Source: Patescibacteria group bacterium
GTDB taxonomy: Bacteria > Patescibacteriota > Patescibacteriia > CAIXNZ01
DNA: 64,000 bases
Assembly: GCA_028714455.1 (NCBI GenBank)
Contig: JAQTMG010000001.1
Coordinates: 128,568-192,567, forward strand
Direction: 5' to 3'
Numbering within the stretch: the first letter of the stretch is position 1; each line of letters opens with the position of its first letter. Of this stretch, positions 1-9,353 are shown piece after piece. Made by a program: the position numbers and the translations under genes. The notes beneath the pieces are model-generated. The model saw only the letters and a list, made by a program, of their open reading frames with translations, did not search any database and was not told the origin of the DNA.

Positions 1-571
1 CTTCATCTTCATAAAAATCCAGTTTGTATGAAGCGCCAAAACGGTCGCGCAAGGGAGCGGAAATTAAGCTGATTCTGGTAGTGGCGCCGATTAAGGTAAA
101 TTTTGGCAGATCCAACCGTAGAGTTCTAGCGCTCGGTCCTTTGCCAATAATTATATCTAGGGAATAATCTTCCATGGCCGGGTAAAGTACCTCTTCAATG
201 GTTTTATTTAAACGATGAATCTCATCGATAAAAAGTATGTCGCCTTTTTCCAGATTAGTTAAAATGGCTGCCAAGTCGCCGGTTTTTTCAATGGCCGGAC
301 CAGAAGTAATTTTGATGTTTGAGCCCATTTCATTGGCAATAATATGCGCCAGCGTTGTTTTGCCCAAGCCAGGACAGCCATGAATTAACACATGCTCAAT
401 CGGTTCGCCGCGCTTTTTAGCTGCCTGTAAAAAAATATTCAAGTTATCTTTAACTTTATTTTGGCCTATATATTCATTTAATTTTTTTGGACGCAAATTC
501 TTTTCAAAAGCGACTTCTTCAGCGCTTTCTTTGGAAGAGACCACGCGGTTTTTATCTTGTTTTTTGGGCAT
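1..571 (-). CDS. ruvB: Holliday junction branch migration helicase RuvB (5' part; runs off window)
   Basis: Manual translation [12 protein letters not shown]...[12 protein letters not shown]...[11 protein letters not shown] (Walker A)...LFIDEIHRL...LYPAMED...LRDRFG. Confidence 0.97.
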   Translation of the reverse strand, partial: MPKKQDKNRVVSSKESAEEVAFEKNLRPKKLNEYIGQNKVKDNLNIFLQAAKKRGEPIEHVLIHGCPGLGKTTLAHIIANEMGSNIKITSGPAIEKTGDLAAILTNLEKGDILFIDEIHRLNKTIEEVLYPAMEDYSLDIIIGKGPSARTLRLDLPKFTLIGATTRISLISAPLRDRFGASYKLDFYEDE

Positions 572-579
572 AAAAATAG

Positions 580-660
580 TATTGGGTAATGGGTATTGGG
601 TTCTTGGAATATTTTTTATTAATTTCCAGGTTCCCATTACTCATTACTCAATTCTCATTA
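580..660. repeat. Degenerate 7-mer tandem repeats in inverted arrangement (attgggt.../...cattact)
   Basis: attgggtaatgggtattggg ... cccattactcattactcaattctcatta. Confidence 0.6.
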
Positions 661-1227
661 CTTCATCCTAATCTTAGCACTTGTCGCTTCATTAAATAAT
701 TTTGTCAATTCCGTATCTTTGAAATCTATTTGGTTAACCATTGACTTTGCTTTGTCATTTAATCTATTGTACATGAATTTGATTTTGTCTATCGTCTCAT
801 TTGGAGTATGCATTTCAAGATAATGCGGCAGGTTATTAAAAAATGCAACACTATCAGCTTCTTTTAAAATTTCAATATCGCCGCTACCACCAACTTCGTG
901 ATTTTCGATTAAGTGTTTAACTTTAACTATCGTGGATTCATCAAAATTATACTTCCGTAGTATCTCACACATTATTTGCGCGGATAGTAAGGCATGCTCT
1001 TCTTTGTATTCGTCGTAAGTCGCAAAATCCTGTTTTTTAATACGGCGTTCTTCAATACTTCTATCAATGTCATGACCTAAAGCGGCTAGTTGAAGTGCAA
1101 TGTTGGCGCCCGGTTTCAGTTTAAGGACCCATTGCCAAACCGAATGCAAATGATCAAATTCAGTTTTGTCCTTTGCATTCTTTGTAATAGATTTTATTTC
1201 CTCTAAGACAAGGTCAAATTTATTCAT
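658..1227 (-). CDS. HD-domain protein (DUF4202-like)
   Basis: H...ALGHDIDR...EHA...IENHE...EADS motifs; ATG at 1227 preferred over TTG at 1239. Confidence 0.75.
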   Translation of the reverse strand: MNKFDLVLEEIKSITKNAKDKTEFDHLHSVWQWVLKLKPGANIALQLAALGHDIDRSIEERRIKKQDFATYDEYKEEHALLSAQIMCEILRKYNFDESTIVKVKHLIENHEVGGSGDIEILKEADSVAFFNNLPHYLEMHTPNETIDKIKFMYNRLNDKAKSMVNQIDFKDTELTKLFNEATSAKIRMK

Positions 1228-1235
1228 AAAATTAT

Positions 1236-1319
1236 TCAAACTCCAATATCAGTAAAAACATCAAATAATGTCCCAATAATTTTATAGCTAAGCTCTTTGT
1301 ATAATACCTTGTCTTGCAT
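1236..1319 (-). pseudogene. Truncated GxxExxY-family protein N-terminus (27 aa)
   Basis: MQDKVLYKELSYKIIGTLFDVFTDIGV* resembles the typical LYKELSYKIIG..FEV..ELG start of GxxExxY proteins but stops before the motif. Confidence 0.6.
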
Positions 1320-1454
1320 GTTTTTGAAAAAGATATTTTTGTAGATTTTGTCTAGAAATTCGTAGTTTTGTATACCAGTATCTTAGCTTTTTTAAGCTAA
1401 AAAAACAAGCTGAAATAAAAAAGGCCATCTGATGACGGCCTTTTTACTTTTTGT

Positions 1455-1877
1455 TTATCCGAAGTCCGGATCTGAAACATGATCAGCTTCTTTTCCGCCG
1501 ATTAAGCCAGGTGACCATCTGAACGGATTTTCCTTGGTAAGTAGTTCATCGATTTCTTTTTTTGAAAAGATTTTCAGCGGCATGATTTCAACGTCGCCCT
1601 TCAGATCAAAGGCAATGCCTTTTTCTGTGTTTGCCAGCACCAAGAGAGTGTCAATTTTGGCTTCTCTTTTTGGAAGCGTTTGCCACACCTTGCGCAGCAA
1701 TTTTTTGTCGAGTACTCCCACGATTTCCGGTTCCGTGGCGTCGACCGTGGCAGTTGTGATGGCCGGGAAATATCCCATCAGCCCATGCTTGAGCTTCAAG
1801 CAATGATAGTAGGCAATTTGCCATCCTGCCAGGTCTTGACCCAATAAATGTCCGAGACTTTCAATTGAATCATTCAC
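1455..1877 (-). CDS. Hypothetical protein
   Basis: GTG start with AAGGAGG SD, upstream promoter-like sequence, downstream hairpin terminator. Confidence 0.7.
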   Translation of the reverse strand: MNDSIESLGHLLGQDLAGWQIAYYHCLKLKHGLMGYFPAITTATVDATEPEIVGVLDKKLLRKVWQTLPKREAKIDTLLVLANTEKGIAFDLKGDVEIMPLKIFSKKEIDELLTKENPFRWSPGLIGGKEADHVSDPDFG

Positions 1878-1997
1878 GATCTTTCCCTCCTTTTTTAATT
1901 TTTGTCTGACTATAACTTATAGTATCACAATAAAAAAGTCAATTATAATACAATTATAATACAAAAAGACGCTACACATCGTAGCGTCTTTTTTGTT

Positions 1998-2522
1998 TTA
2001 TTTTTTATTCTGCTGCTCCTCTAATTCTTTTTCCCACTCTTCAAATGTTTTATAGCCGTCCTTTTTTATGAGGGCTGCTCCACCCGTTTTATCTTCCTGC
2101 CTTTGGGGATTTTTCCCAACAGTTGCCTGAACCAAATCTATACTTATAATTACCCTGTCTTTATCAACTCTTAGTTTTTCTATCGTGGCGGACTGTCTGT
2201 AGTCTTGTTCCTCCCACGGCGTATCTGGAAAACTAATCCCGATATCGTCTAATTTTTGGAGTGTAGAGTTTGGCTTTACTGCGTAGATTTCCAACCTTTG
2301 GCCGCCGTTACTATAGACGCTTCGTTCTTGTATCACTAAAAATCCCAGCAGCGTATCTTTATCGATAAATTTTTCCCAATTAAACGGGGGCCAGCCGTCA
2401 TGGGTTGAGGCCTGGTCTGGATAAATTTTTTCTTTAACTTTTTTTTGCAGGGTGTCTAGTATCTCTTCCAATTTTTTCGTCTGCTTTTCTTTCTCTCCGC
2501 CGATTTCTATTCTTTCTCTCAT
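1998..2522 (-). CDS. Hypothetical protein
   Basis: ORF from ATG (MRERIEIGG); terminator hairpin 1963-1994. Confidence 0.65.
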   Translation of the reverse strand: MRERIEIGGEKEKQTKKLEEILDTLQKKVKEKIYPDQASTHDGWPPFNWEKFIDKDTLLGFLVIQERSVYSNGGQRLEIYAVKPNSTLQKLDDIGISFPDTPWEEQDYRQSATIEKLRVDKDRVIISIDLVQATVGKNPQRQEDKTGGAALIKKDGYKTFEEWEKELEEQQNKK

Positions 2523-2652
2523 ATGTTTTAAATTATTCGTTAATACTATTAACATTTTATATTTACTTTCGTAGAATGTCAAATACAAAAAAGCTCCCTC
2601 GCGAGAGCCTCTTTGCTTTTTGAAATAAAGAACACAACTCCGATTTTACGGA

Positions 2653-2741
2653 TGGTGCCGAAGGCGGGACTCGAACCCGCACGGAGGATTAACTCCAAAG
2701 GATTTTAAGTCCTTCGTGTATACCAATTTCACCACTTCGGC
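2653..2741 (-). tRNA. tRNA-Leu(TAA), CCA encoded
   Basis: GCCGAAG acceptor stem, CT-TAA-AA anticodon loop, long variable arm, GTTCGAG T-loop, ends ACCA. Confidence 0.96.
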
Positions 2742-2840
2742 CCCGTTAGAAGTTTATGAGGCAATGTGTCTGACGCGTATTTCACGTCAAGCGTATCTTA
2801 CCCATAAAACGGAAATATCCATAGACTTCTAACGGGGCCG
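2738..2840. mobile_element. ~100-bp miniature inverted-repeat element abutting the tRNA-Leu 5' end
   Basis: 16-bp perfect IR cggccccgttagaagt / acttctaacggggccg; homologous to 3951-4050. Confidence 0.7.
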
Positions 2841-2881
2841 GCCATCATCTTGTAATGGTTAAAAAAATAACTCCGTGCGGA

Positions 2882-3181
2882 TTAATAAAATTTAATAAAT
2901 TTATCCTTATTGCTTTTCGGAGAATTTATTTCTTTTAAATAAAATTTTAAACGTTTTTTCAGATATCTGCCGCCAGGACCTGTTTTCAAAAATTTTTCTC
3001 TCCTTATAGCATCTACTAAATTCAAGCCAGCTTCGTAGTAAATCAAATCAAATGGTCTCCTTGGCTTAGTCGATCTTGATTTACCTTCATTATGCTCCTT
3101 AAATCTTTTTTTTAAATCACCGGTATGTCCGATGTAAAAATTCTTATCCCTTTTACTTAAAAGTACATAGGTGTAGTACAT
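2882..3181 (-). CDS. Small GIY-YIG nuclease (UPF0213-like)
   Basis: YYTYVL...FYIGHT.DL..RF.EHN.G...ST..RRP..LIYYE......A..RE..LK. Confidence 0.92.
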   Translation of the reverse strand: MYYTYVLLSKRDKNFYIGHTGDLKKRFKEHNEGKSRSTKPRRPFDLIYYEAGLNLVDAIRREKFLKTGPGGRYLKKRLKFYLKEINSPKSNKDKFIKFY

Positions 3182-3251
3182 ATTTTTGTTTTTGTTCTTA
3201 AATTTCAGTGTTTCCTTTTTGTACCTCTTATATTAAAATAAAAAGGACTCT

Positions 3252-3743
3252 ATGTCAAAGCAGAAAAAAGAAATTTATTTAATTTTGCAAAACATCCGCA
3301 GTTTGTTTAATATCGGTTCGATCTTCAGGTCAGCCGATGCTTTTTCCGTTTCCAAGATTTATTTATGCGGCTATTCTGGTTTTCCTGTCGATAAACAAAT
3401 GGCCAAGATCGCTAAGACTGCGCTGGGCGCGGAAAAAACAGTGCCGTTTGAACATTATTGGCAGACAGCGACTTTGATAAAGAAATTAAAAAAACAAAAA
3501 ATCAAGATCATTGCCCTTGAATTGACGAAGGGAGCGAAGCCGCTAAACAAATTTGAGCCGAAATTTCCCTTAGCCATTATTGTGGGCAATGAAATTCTCG
3601 GAATAACCAAAAATATTTTGAAGCTAGCCGATGAAATGGTTTACATTCCCATGCAAGGGAAAAAAGAATCTTTGAATGTTGCGATTGCCGCCAGCATCGC
3701 GCTCTATGATTTGAATTTAAAAAGAAACAAAAAAACTCCGTAG
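3252..3743 (+). CDS. SpoU/TrmH family RNA 2'-O-methyltransferase
   Basis: NIRSLFNIGSIFRSADA, GNEILG, IPMQGKKESLNVA motifs. Confidence 0.92.
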   Translation: MSKQKKEIYLILQNIRSLFNIGSIFRSADAFSVSKIYLCGYSGFPVDKQMAKIAKTALGAEKTVPFEHYWQTATLIKKLKKQKIKIIALELTKGAKPLNKFEPKFPLAIIVGNEILGITKNILKLADEMVYIPMQGKKESLNVAIAASIALYDLNLKRNKKTP

Positions 3744-3810
3744 GAGTTCAAATAATAAATTTTTCCAATTCCTAATATCTAATACCTAATTACAAATTAC
3801 CAATTACTAA

Positions 3811-3865
3811 TTTGAGCGGGTGACCCCGCACCACAGGGGTGCGGGGTCAGGCTGGATTCTCAACC
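3811..3865 (-). pseudogene. Duplicated tRNA-Gly 3' fragment interrupted by a 29-bp palindrome
   Basis: tttgagcgggtga[ccccgcaccacaggggtgcggggtcagg]ctggattctcaacc versus tRNA tttgagcgggtgaccggattcgaacc. Confidence 0.75.
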
Positions 3866-3878
3866 TAATTCTTGTTTG

Positions 3879-3952
3879 AGCGGGTGACCGGATTCGAACC
3901 GGCGACCTTTTCCTTGGCAAGGAAACGTTCTAGCCAACTGAACTACACCCGC
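3879..3952 (-). tRNA. tRNA-Gly(GCC), CCA not encoded
   Basis: GCGGGTG/CACCCGC acceptor stem, TT-GCC-AA anticodon loop, GTTCGAA T-loop. Confidence 0.96.
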
Positions 3953-4050
3953 CCAGTTAAAAGTTTATGTGATAATGCGTTTAGGCGCGTTGTTTATTCG
4001 TAGCCTAACAATGCGGTTGGACTCAATTAAACACTAACTTTTAACTGGGC
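3951..4050. mobile_element. ~100-bp miniature inverted-repeat element abutting the tRNA-Gly 5' end
   Basis: 15-bp perfect IR gcccagttaaaagtt / aacttttaactgggc; cccgc duplicated on both sides. Confidence 0.7.
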
Positions 4051-4142
4051 CCGCCCCAATATACAAGATATATATCACACTAACTTTTAACTGTGCACGC
4101 CCAGCCTTATTCATATTACACAAACTTATAACCGGGCCCGCA
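4031..4142. repeat. Three degenerate ~24-bp direct repeats of the element end, separated by unique spacers
   Basis: acactaacttttaactgggcccgc (4031), acactaacttttaactgtgcacgc (4077), acacaaacttataaccgggcccgc (4118). Confidence 0.75.
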
Positions 4143-4241
4143 TTATGTAAAACCAGTTTACTACGTTTTATAAATAAAATCAAGAGGCGATTATTGACTA
4201 TTCTTTAAAATTTAAATTATAATGAGGTAATAATACTTTAT

Positions 4242-4991
4242 ATGCCCACAGCCCTGTTATACGGTTTGATAAGCACCCTGGTTATCAGTATCATCGGCCA
4301 GGTCGGTTTTTTTGTGTTTATACTTAAAGACAATATTTTAAAGAAAATATTGATATTTTTTGTCAGTTTTTCGGCGGGCAGTTTGATTGGCGGCGCGTTT
4401 TTTCATTTATTACCGGATGTTATTGAAAAAAATGATGATATACTAATGGTCTTCGTTTGGACAATAGTCGGCTTCTGTCTATTTTTTATGATGGAAAAAT
4501 TTTTGCGCTGGCATCATTGCCATGATAAAGAGTGCGAAGAGAAAAAACATCTCGGGCAAATTAACATGGTCGGTGATGGCATTCATAATTTTTTAGATGG
4601 CGTAATCGTGATGGCCGCCTTTGTCGTCAGCCCCGCCCTTGGTTTGGCGACCAGCATTTCCATTATTTCTCACGAGATACCTCAAGAGCTGGGAGATTTT
4701 GGTGTTTTGCTTTACTCTGGCTACAACAGAACCAAGGCTATTATTTTTAATTTTTTACTTTCGGTTATCGCGGTTTTAGGAGCGCTTGTCGGCTATTTTT
4801 TGAGCAATGAAATTAGCGGATTTGCCAATGTCATAATACCGATCGCGGCCGGAGGCTTTTTCTACATTGCCGCTTCGGATTTTATCCCGGAGATGCAAAA
4901 AGAAATTAACGCCAAGAGTTCAATAATAAATTTTTTGGTATTTGTTTTGGCTCTCGCCTTCATGTTTGTGGTTAAACTCTTGGGTTTGTAA
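4242..4991 (+). CDS. ZIP family metal (zinc) transporter
   Basis: Multiple TM helices, HHCH loop, DGIHNFLDG and HEIPQELGDF motifs. Confidence 0.93.
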   Translation: MPTALLYGLISTLVISIIGQVGFFVFILKDNILKKILIFFVSFSAGSLIGGAFFHLLPDVIEKNDDILMVFVWTIVGFCLFFMMEKFLRWHHCHDKECEEKKHLGQINMVGDGIHNFLDGVIVMAAFVVSPALGLATSISIISHEIPQELGDFGVLLYSGYNRTKAIIFNFLLSVIAVLGALVGYFLSNEISGFANVIIPIAAGGFFYIAASDFIPEMQKEINAKSSIINFLVFVLALAFMFVVKLLGL

Positions 4992-5119
4992 ATAATTTTA
5001 GAATTTCTCTCTAAAATAAGCGAATTTTCGGCTTATTTTTTGTTTGACTGCTTGACAAATCGTTTTTTAGCTGCTACACTGTTTAGATGTTTTATAATGA
5101 AAAAGGAGGAGCGATTATA

Positions 5120-5386
5120 ATGACGTCGGAAAATAACGCGATGGTTGATGGTGAAATGCATTTGGTGCTCTTGCAAGTTCTAACCGAGATTGAACAAGAA
5201 ATACGTGATGGCCGTTGCCCGAAAGAAAAGGCAAGTCTTTATCACCAAATGGGCGCGATTCTGGGCTTGATGGACGCTCGAGAACAGCAAGAAGTCGCCT
5301 GGCAAAAAGCAGTTGAGCTAAATCCCCGTTCAGAAACTTTTCGGCAAAGCCTGACAAGTTTGCGGGAGCAAAAAGTTTCCCCCTAA
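5120..5386 (+). CDS. Small TPR-like protein
   Basis: AGGAGG SD, TTGACA promoter; LYHQMG.I......A WQKAVELNP helix pair. Confidence 0.65.
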   Translation: MTSENNAMVDGEMHLVLLQVLTEIEQEIRDGRCPKEKASLYHQMGAILGLMDAREQQEVAWQKAVELNPRSETFRQSLTSLREQKVSP

Positions 5387-5430
5387 AAACAAAAGGCCTC
5401 TCGCGGAGCGAGAAGGCCTTTTTCTTTTGA

Positions 5431-5817
5431 TTATTTTGCGGCCGCTGCCGGAGTTTCGACGGAAACTGATTTTAACCAGCCGCCAAGCATGGCGCCGACT
5501 GATTTTAGGCCCTCGTTGATTTCATTATACTTAGGCTCTTTAACCAGTTCTAACTGGGCGGCCATGTCAGCAAAGACTTTCATGGTATCCAGTTTACGCA
5601 GGGCTTGCTTTAGAGTATGTTTCTTTTCGACTCTCGCCTGGCGAGTGGCGATAACGATGAGTTCCAGTATTTCCAGGATGGTGATTTCAGCGCTTTTTCG
5701 CAGAGTATTTTCCTCGCTTGAAGAAATCCCCGTGGCGCTCTGGTAGAGTTCGTAAGTTTTGTTTAAGATTGGAAATTTTTCAGAAAAATTTTCCAAAATG
5801 TCTTTCATTCTTGCCAT
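5431..5817 (-). CDS. Avd-like four-helix bundle protein (DGR accessory variability determinant family)
   Basis: PILNKTYELY N-terminus, K...L..A...LD middle, VGAMLGGWLK C-terminus typical of bAvd-like proteins. Confidence 0.72.
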   Translation of the reverse strand: MARMKDILENFSEKFPILNKTYELYQSATGISSSEENTLRKSAEITILEILELIVIATRQARVEKKHTLKQALRKLDTMKVFADMAAQLELVKEPKYNEINEGLKSVGAMLGGWLKSVSVETPAAAAK

Positions 5818-5945
5818 AAATTTTTTGTTTTTAATTTTTTTGTTAGAGTTTAAATTGTCAAAGAACGCTATATTATCCTAGGATTGACAGATTGATTTTT
5901 TTATGCTACGATTCGTTATAAAATATCTTTAAGAGGAGGTGAGAA

Positions 5946-6137
5946 ATGCTCAAATTGATTTGTTGCATCTGCAGCAAAGTCTTGGGCTATTCTGAATCAG
6001 AGTTCGAAGATGAGAGCGGAGGGATTTGCCCAAGGTGTTTGAAGGAACATTATCCCGAAGAGTACGCGAGGATGAGGGAGACTGGCAAGCTGACCATAGA
6101 AGAAATCACCGAGGCCGAAGGTCTTACCCTGCATTAA
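5946..6137 (+). CDS. Small putative zinc-binding protein
   Basis: GAGGAGG SD; CCIC and CPRC motifs. Confidence 0.65.
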   Translation: MLKLICCICSKVLGYSESEFEDESGGICPRCLKEHYPEEYARMRETGKLTIEEITEAEGLTLH

Positions 6138-6144
6138 AGCCCCA

Positions 6145-8238
6145 TTAGCTAGAATTGGCGTGGGGCTTTTTCTTTTTTCTGGTCACGGCCACGACTCCCA
6201 GCCCCAAAAAAGCGGCGCTGGTTAATAAATATTTAAGAACATTTTTACCTTGGTTATTGGGCTCGATTTGCGATGAACCCGCCTGGTTCATCTGCGTCTT
6301 CGCGGTAGTTTTAGCGCTTTTAGCTTTCGTGGTTGTCTTGGATGTTTTGGGCGCAGCTTCTTTGGCCGGAGCGACAACTTTAACTTTTTGCGAGTCGCTA
6401 GTTTCTTCCTTCCCATCATTCACGGTCAGAGCGATTGTATACGTTCCAGCTTTTTCATATTTGTAGCTTGTTATCGGTCCGTCAAAATTTTTATCTTCAA
6501 TTTGCCAGTTGAAACTCAATTCGTCATTGTCCAAATCGTAAGAATCAGAAGCATCGCAAATAATTTCCTCACCAAGGGTCACGGATTTAGTGCAGGTGAA
6601 GTCAATTTCGGGCGCGTGGTTCAGCTTCACGATTATATTTTCCTGATTTTCAGTCGGGCTCGTTGTCCAAAACCAATCGCCATTTTCATCTCTGGCAAAG
6701 GAAACGTTTTCTGGCACAGTTTCGTCCTCGTCATATTTTATTGTTTCCAGCGTCTGGCCGCTTGGGTTAATCAGTTTAACGCTGTCTTTGTCGTTATTGA
6801 GCGCGATGCCGCTAACGCTTCTTTTTATTATCATGAATTGGCCGGGCTTGATTGCGGTCTCGCCGATCGTTTCTTTGGAGACCGTATATTTTTTCTTACT
6901 GCCGTCATTAATTTTCCAGCCGGCTAAATCGATTTCGTTTTTGCCAATATTTTTTAGCTCGATAAATTCATCCTCGAGATCGGAACCGATCGGGTTGGGA
7001 TAAATTTCATTGATGATTATATTTTTGTCTTCATCGGTCCGGCCTTCTTCAGCCGCTAGCTGGGTGTCCTTTTCTTGTTTTACCTTTTTAGCCTCTTCGG
7101 TAAGCGTTATCAGATTAGGCGTTCCCTTGGTCGGAGTTTGAGTCACGACAAAATCTTCCCTGTTGTTGTAGCTGTTGGCGCCGTCAAATATTCTGGCGGT
7201 TGAATCCGGATCTTTGGCGACCGGAGCGTTTTGGTCGGCAAAGCCGTTATCCCAATTACCGTAAGAAACCGCGTCAATAGTATTATTATTGCTGTCTTTT
7301 AAGATTAGGGCATCGCCGGCATTGTTTAATTTGCCTTTTGGTTTTTCAATGACAAAAAAGCGATTGTCATAATTTGAGCCCAGGATTCCGCTAAGTTCGG
7401 TGGCCGTGTCGGCGCCATCAATCAGTTTCCAGCCGCTAAGATCGATGTCAAAAACGTTTTTGTTGTAAATTTCCACCCATTCCACTTCTCCATCCGCGGG
7501 ATCGGAGACAAATTCGTTGATGACAACGGTACCTAACGAAATAATTTTTGGGTGAATGACTGGGGCGCTGTCTTGAGCCGGCTCTTCAGGGTTGTCATTG
7601 GGCTTCTCGCCGGTGTCACCGCTCTCGCCGCCGTTTTGTTCTTCCTCACCCTCCTCGTTATTATCCGGACCTTGATTTTGGTCACCGTCATTTTGAGAAA
7701 ATTCATTTGGTTTGCCGGCGCTGTTTGAACTGGCATGAGTGAGCCAATTTGCTTCACCGTAGTCATTTGAGTTCTGGTCGACTCTCTGCAGCGAGGTGTC
7801 CGGGCAGGGAAGATAGGTAAAAGTTTCGATTGGCTCGCCGCTTGAATTTTTTAAACCGATTTCTTCGCCACTCTCTTTTAGAGAAGACCACGAACTGTCC
7901 AAGACAGTTCCGGTAAAATTCGGATGCAGATTTATAAAGTTGTTACCGACATTGGCGATGATGGCGTACTCGCCGGCCTCGATAATAAAATCGCCCCGAA
8001 CCGCCGTGAGTTTATGGTTTGTCTGGTCCTCATAGAATTTCCAGCCAGTCATGTCCACGGCTGCCGTGCCTTTGTTTAGAATCTCCACCCACTCATTCTC
8101 GCTCTGCTCATAGGCGCCAATTTCATTTATGATGAGATCAGAATCGGCGGCGCTTGCCACCTGCGGTTTAACAAAAAATCCTGACAAAAGGAGAATTATC
8201 AGGAAAAAGAATTTGATTTTTGTTTTTGTTTTTTTCAT
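6145..8238 (-). CDS. Secreted/surface protein with three lamin-tail domains, a PKD domain and a C-terminal TM anchor
   Basis: Signal peptide; three IINE....EWVEL..-type LTD motifs; DASDSYDLD and YEKAGTYTIALTVND (PKD). Confidence 0.88.
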   Translation of the reverse strand: MKKTKTKIKFFFLIILLLSGFFVKPQVASAADSDLIINEIGAYEQSENEWVEILNKGTAAVDMTGWKFYEDQTNHKLTAVRGDFIIEAGEYAIIANVGNNFINLHPNFTGTVLDSSWSSLKESGEEIGLKNSSGEPIETFTYLPCPDTSLQRVDQNSNDYGEANWLTHASSNSAGKPNEFSQNDGDQNQGPDNNEEGEEEQNGGESGDTGEKPNDNPEEPAQDSAPVIHPKIISLGTVVINEFVSDPADGEVEWVEIYNKNVFDIDLSGWKLIDGADTATELSGILGSNYDNRFFVIEKPKGKLNNAGDALILKDSNNNTIDAVSYGNWDNGFADQNAPVAKDPDSTARIFDGANSYNNREDFVVTQTPTKGTPNLITLTEEAKKVKQEKDTQLAAEEGRTDEDKNIIINEIYPNPIGSDLEDEFIELKNIGKNEIDLAGWKINDGSKKKYTVSKETIGETAIKPGQFMIIKRSVSGIALNNDKDSVKLINPSGQTLETIKYDEDETVPENVSFARDENGDWFWTTSPTENQENIIVKLNHAPEIDFTCTKSVTLGEEIICDASDSYDLDNDELSFNWQIEDKNFDGPITSYKYEKAGTYTIALTVNDGKEETSDSQKVKVVAPAKEAAPKTSKTTTKAKSAKTTAKTQMNQAGSSQIEPNNQGKNVLKYLLTSAAFLGLGVVAVTRKKKKPHANSS

Positions 8239-8464
8239 ATTTTTAATTTTATATTTTTAGCATAACCGGCAATTTCCCCGCGATCAACAAATAAACCAAA
8301 TAAATTTTGTTAATGTTCTTTAATAAAAAATCTAAATAAATCCGAAATAATATCGGCTATTTTTTGTTAATTATTCTTGACAGCGCCTTGTTCTTTCTGG
8401 GGATATTGCAATTTGCCCGCCGATGTATCAAAATATCACCATCATATTTAAAAAGGAGGGTGAG

Positions 8465-9022
8465 ATGAAAAATCTGGAAGGATTGGAGGATTTTTTCAGA
8501 CAAGAACTTTATCAGATAATTCAGAAGAGAAAGAATCAGTTGAGCCCAGCCATGGAGGTCGCCGAGGAAGATCTTGGTTACGTGATCTTGCTCCTCCTGC
8601 GGTTCAGCAGCCTCGAGATTTTCAAGGAGAATTTTACCAACACACCCCTGTTTGACCTGGCTTCGAAGCGACAGGCTTTCAGCCGTAGCCAGATCCAAGG
8701 CTTGGCAGACTTTTGCCTCTTCCGTGTTGGTTTTTTTCCGCTCGCTTTTGGCCGCAGACACATGCCGCCGAGAAAAAATTTCATTATCGCGGGTAGGAGC
8801 GCGTATCTAGAGCTAAGCCACGTCCTCCATCCGGCCTTGCTTTTTCTTTCTCTGGGCAAAAATTTTTTGCTTTTTACCAATCTGATCTCCGAGCTTAGAC
8901 TAAGGAACGCGAATAACATTGACGTTATGGAACTTCTTGAACTCTGGGAGGAGACGGGTAGCCACTTTGCGGAAGATCAGCTTCGCCGGATGAAAGTTGT
9001 GCCGATGCGATTGAAAACGTAA
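8465..9022 (+). CDS. Conserved hypothetical protein
   Basis: AAGGAGG SD before ATG; LADFCLFRVGFFP...GRSAY; downstream terminator. Confidence 0.7.
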   Translation: MKNLEGLEDFFRQELYQIIQKRKNQLSPAMEVAEEDLGYVILLLLRFSSLEIFKENFTNTPLFDLASKRQAFSRSQIQGLADFCLFRVGFFPLAFGRRHMPPRKNFIIAGRSAYLELSHVLHPALLFLSLGKNFLLFTNLISELRLRNANNIDVMELLELWEETGSHFAEDQLRRMKVVPMRLKT

Positions 9023-9071
9023 AACAAAACCCCCTGGCCGTAAGGTCGGGGGTTTTTATTTTGGCTGTTTT

Positions 9072-9353
9072 TTACAAAACCGCTTCTTTAGCCGCTTTGG
9101 CGACTCGGAATTTTACCACTGTTTTGGCCGGAATCTTGATTGAGGCGCCAGTGGCTGGATTTCTGCCCATTCTTTCCTTGCGATGGACCTTAACAAACTT
9201 GCCAAGGCCTGGAATAACAAAGACGCCGTTTTTCTTGACTTCTTTGTAAGCCATGTCAACCATTGAGGTGACGAAGTTGGCTACGTCTTTTTTCTTCATA
9301 CCGGTGCTTTCAGCTAAAGCTGCTAGCATCTGTGACTTAGTCATTTTTGCCAT
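9072..9353 (-). CDS. hup: HU family DNA-binding protein
   Basis: MTKSQM...PGLGKF...RKERMGRNPATG..IKIPA..VVKF. Confidence 0.93.
   Translation of the reverse strand: MAKMTKSQMLAALAESTGMKKKDVANFVTSMVDMAYKEVKKNGVFVIPGLGKFVKVHRKERMGRNPATGASIKIPAKTVVKFRVAKAAKEAVL

Noticed and set aside
2871-2880. 10-bp inverted match (ctccgtgcgg) to tRNA-Leu at the GIY-YIG stop
   Set aside because: Too short to distinguish from chance without homologues.
4031-4142. CRISPR array
   Set aside because: Only three degenerate repeats with 17-22-bp spacers and no cas genes; the repeat equals the end of the adjacent inverted-repeat element.
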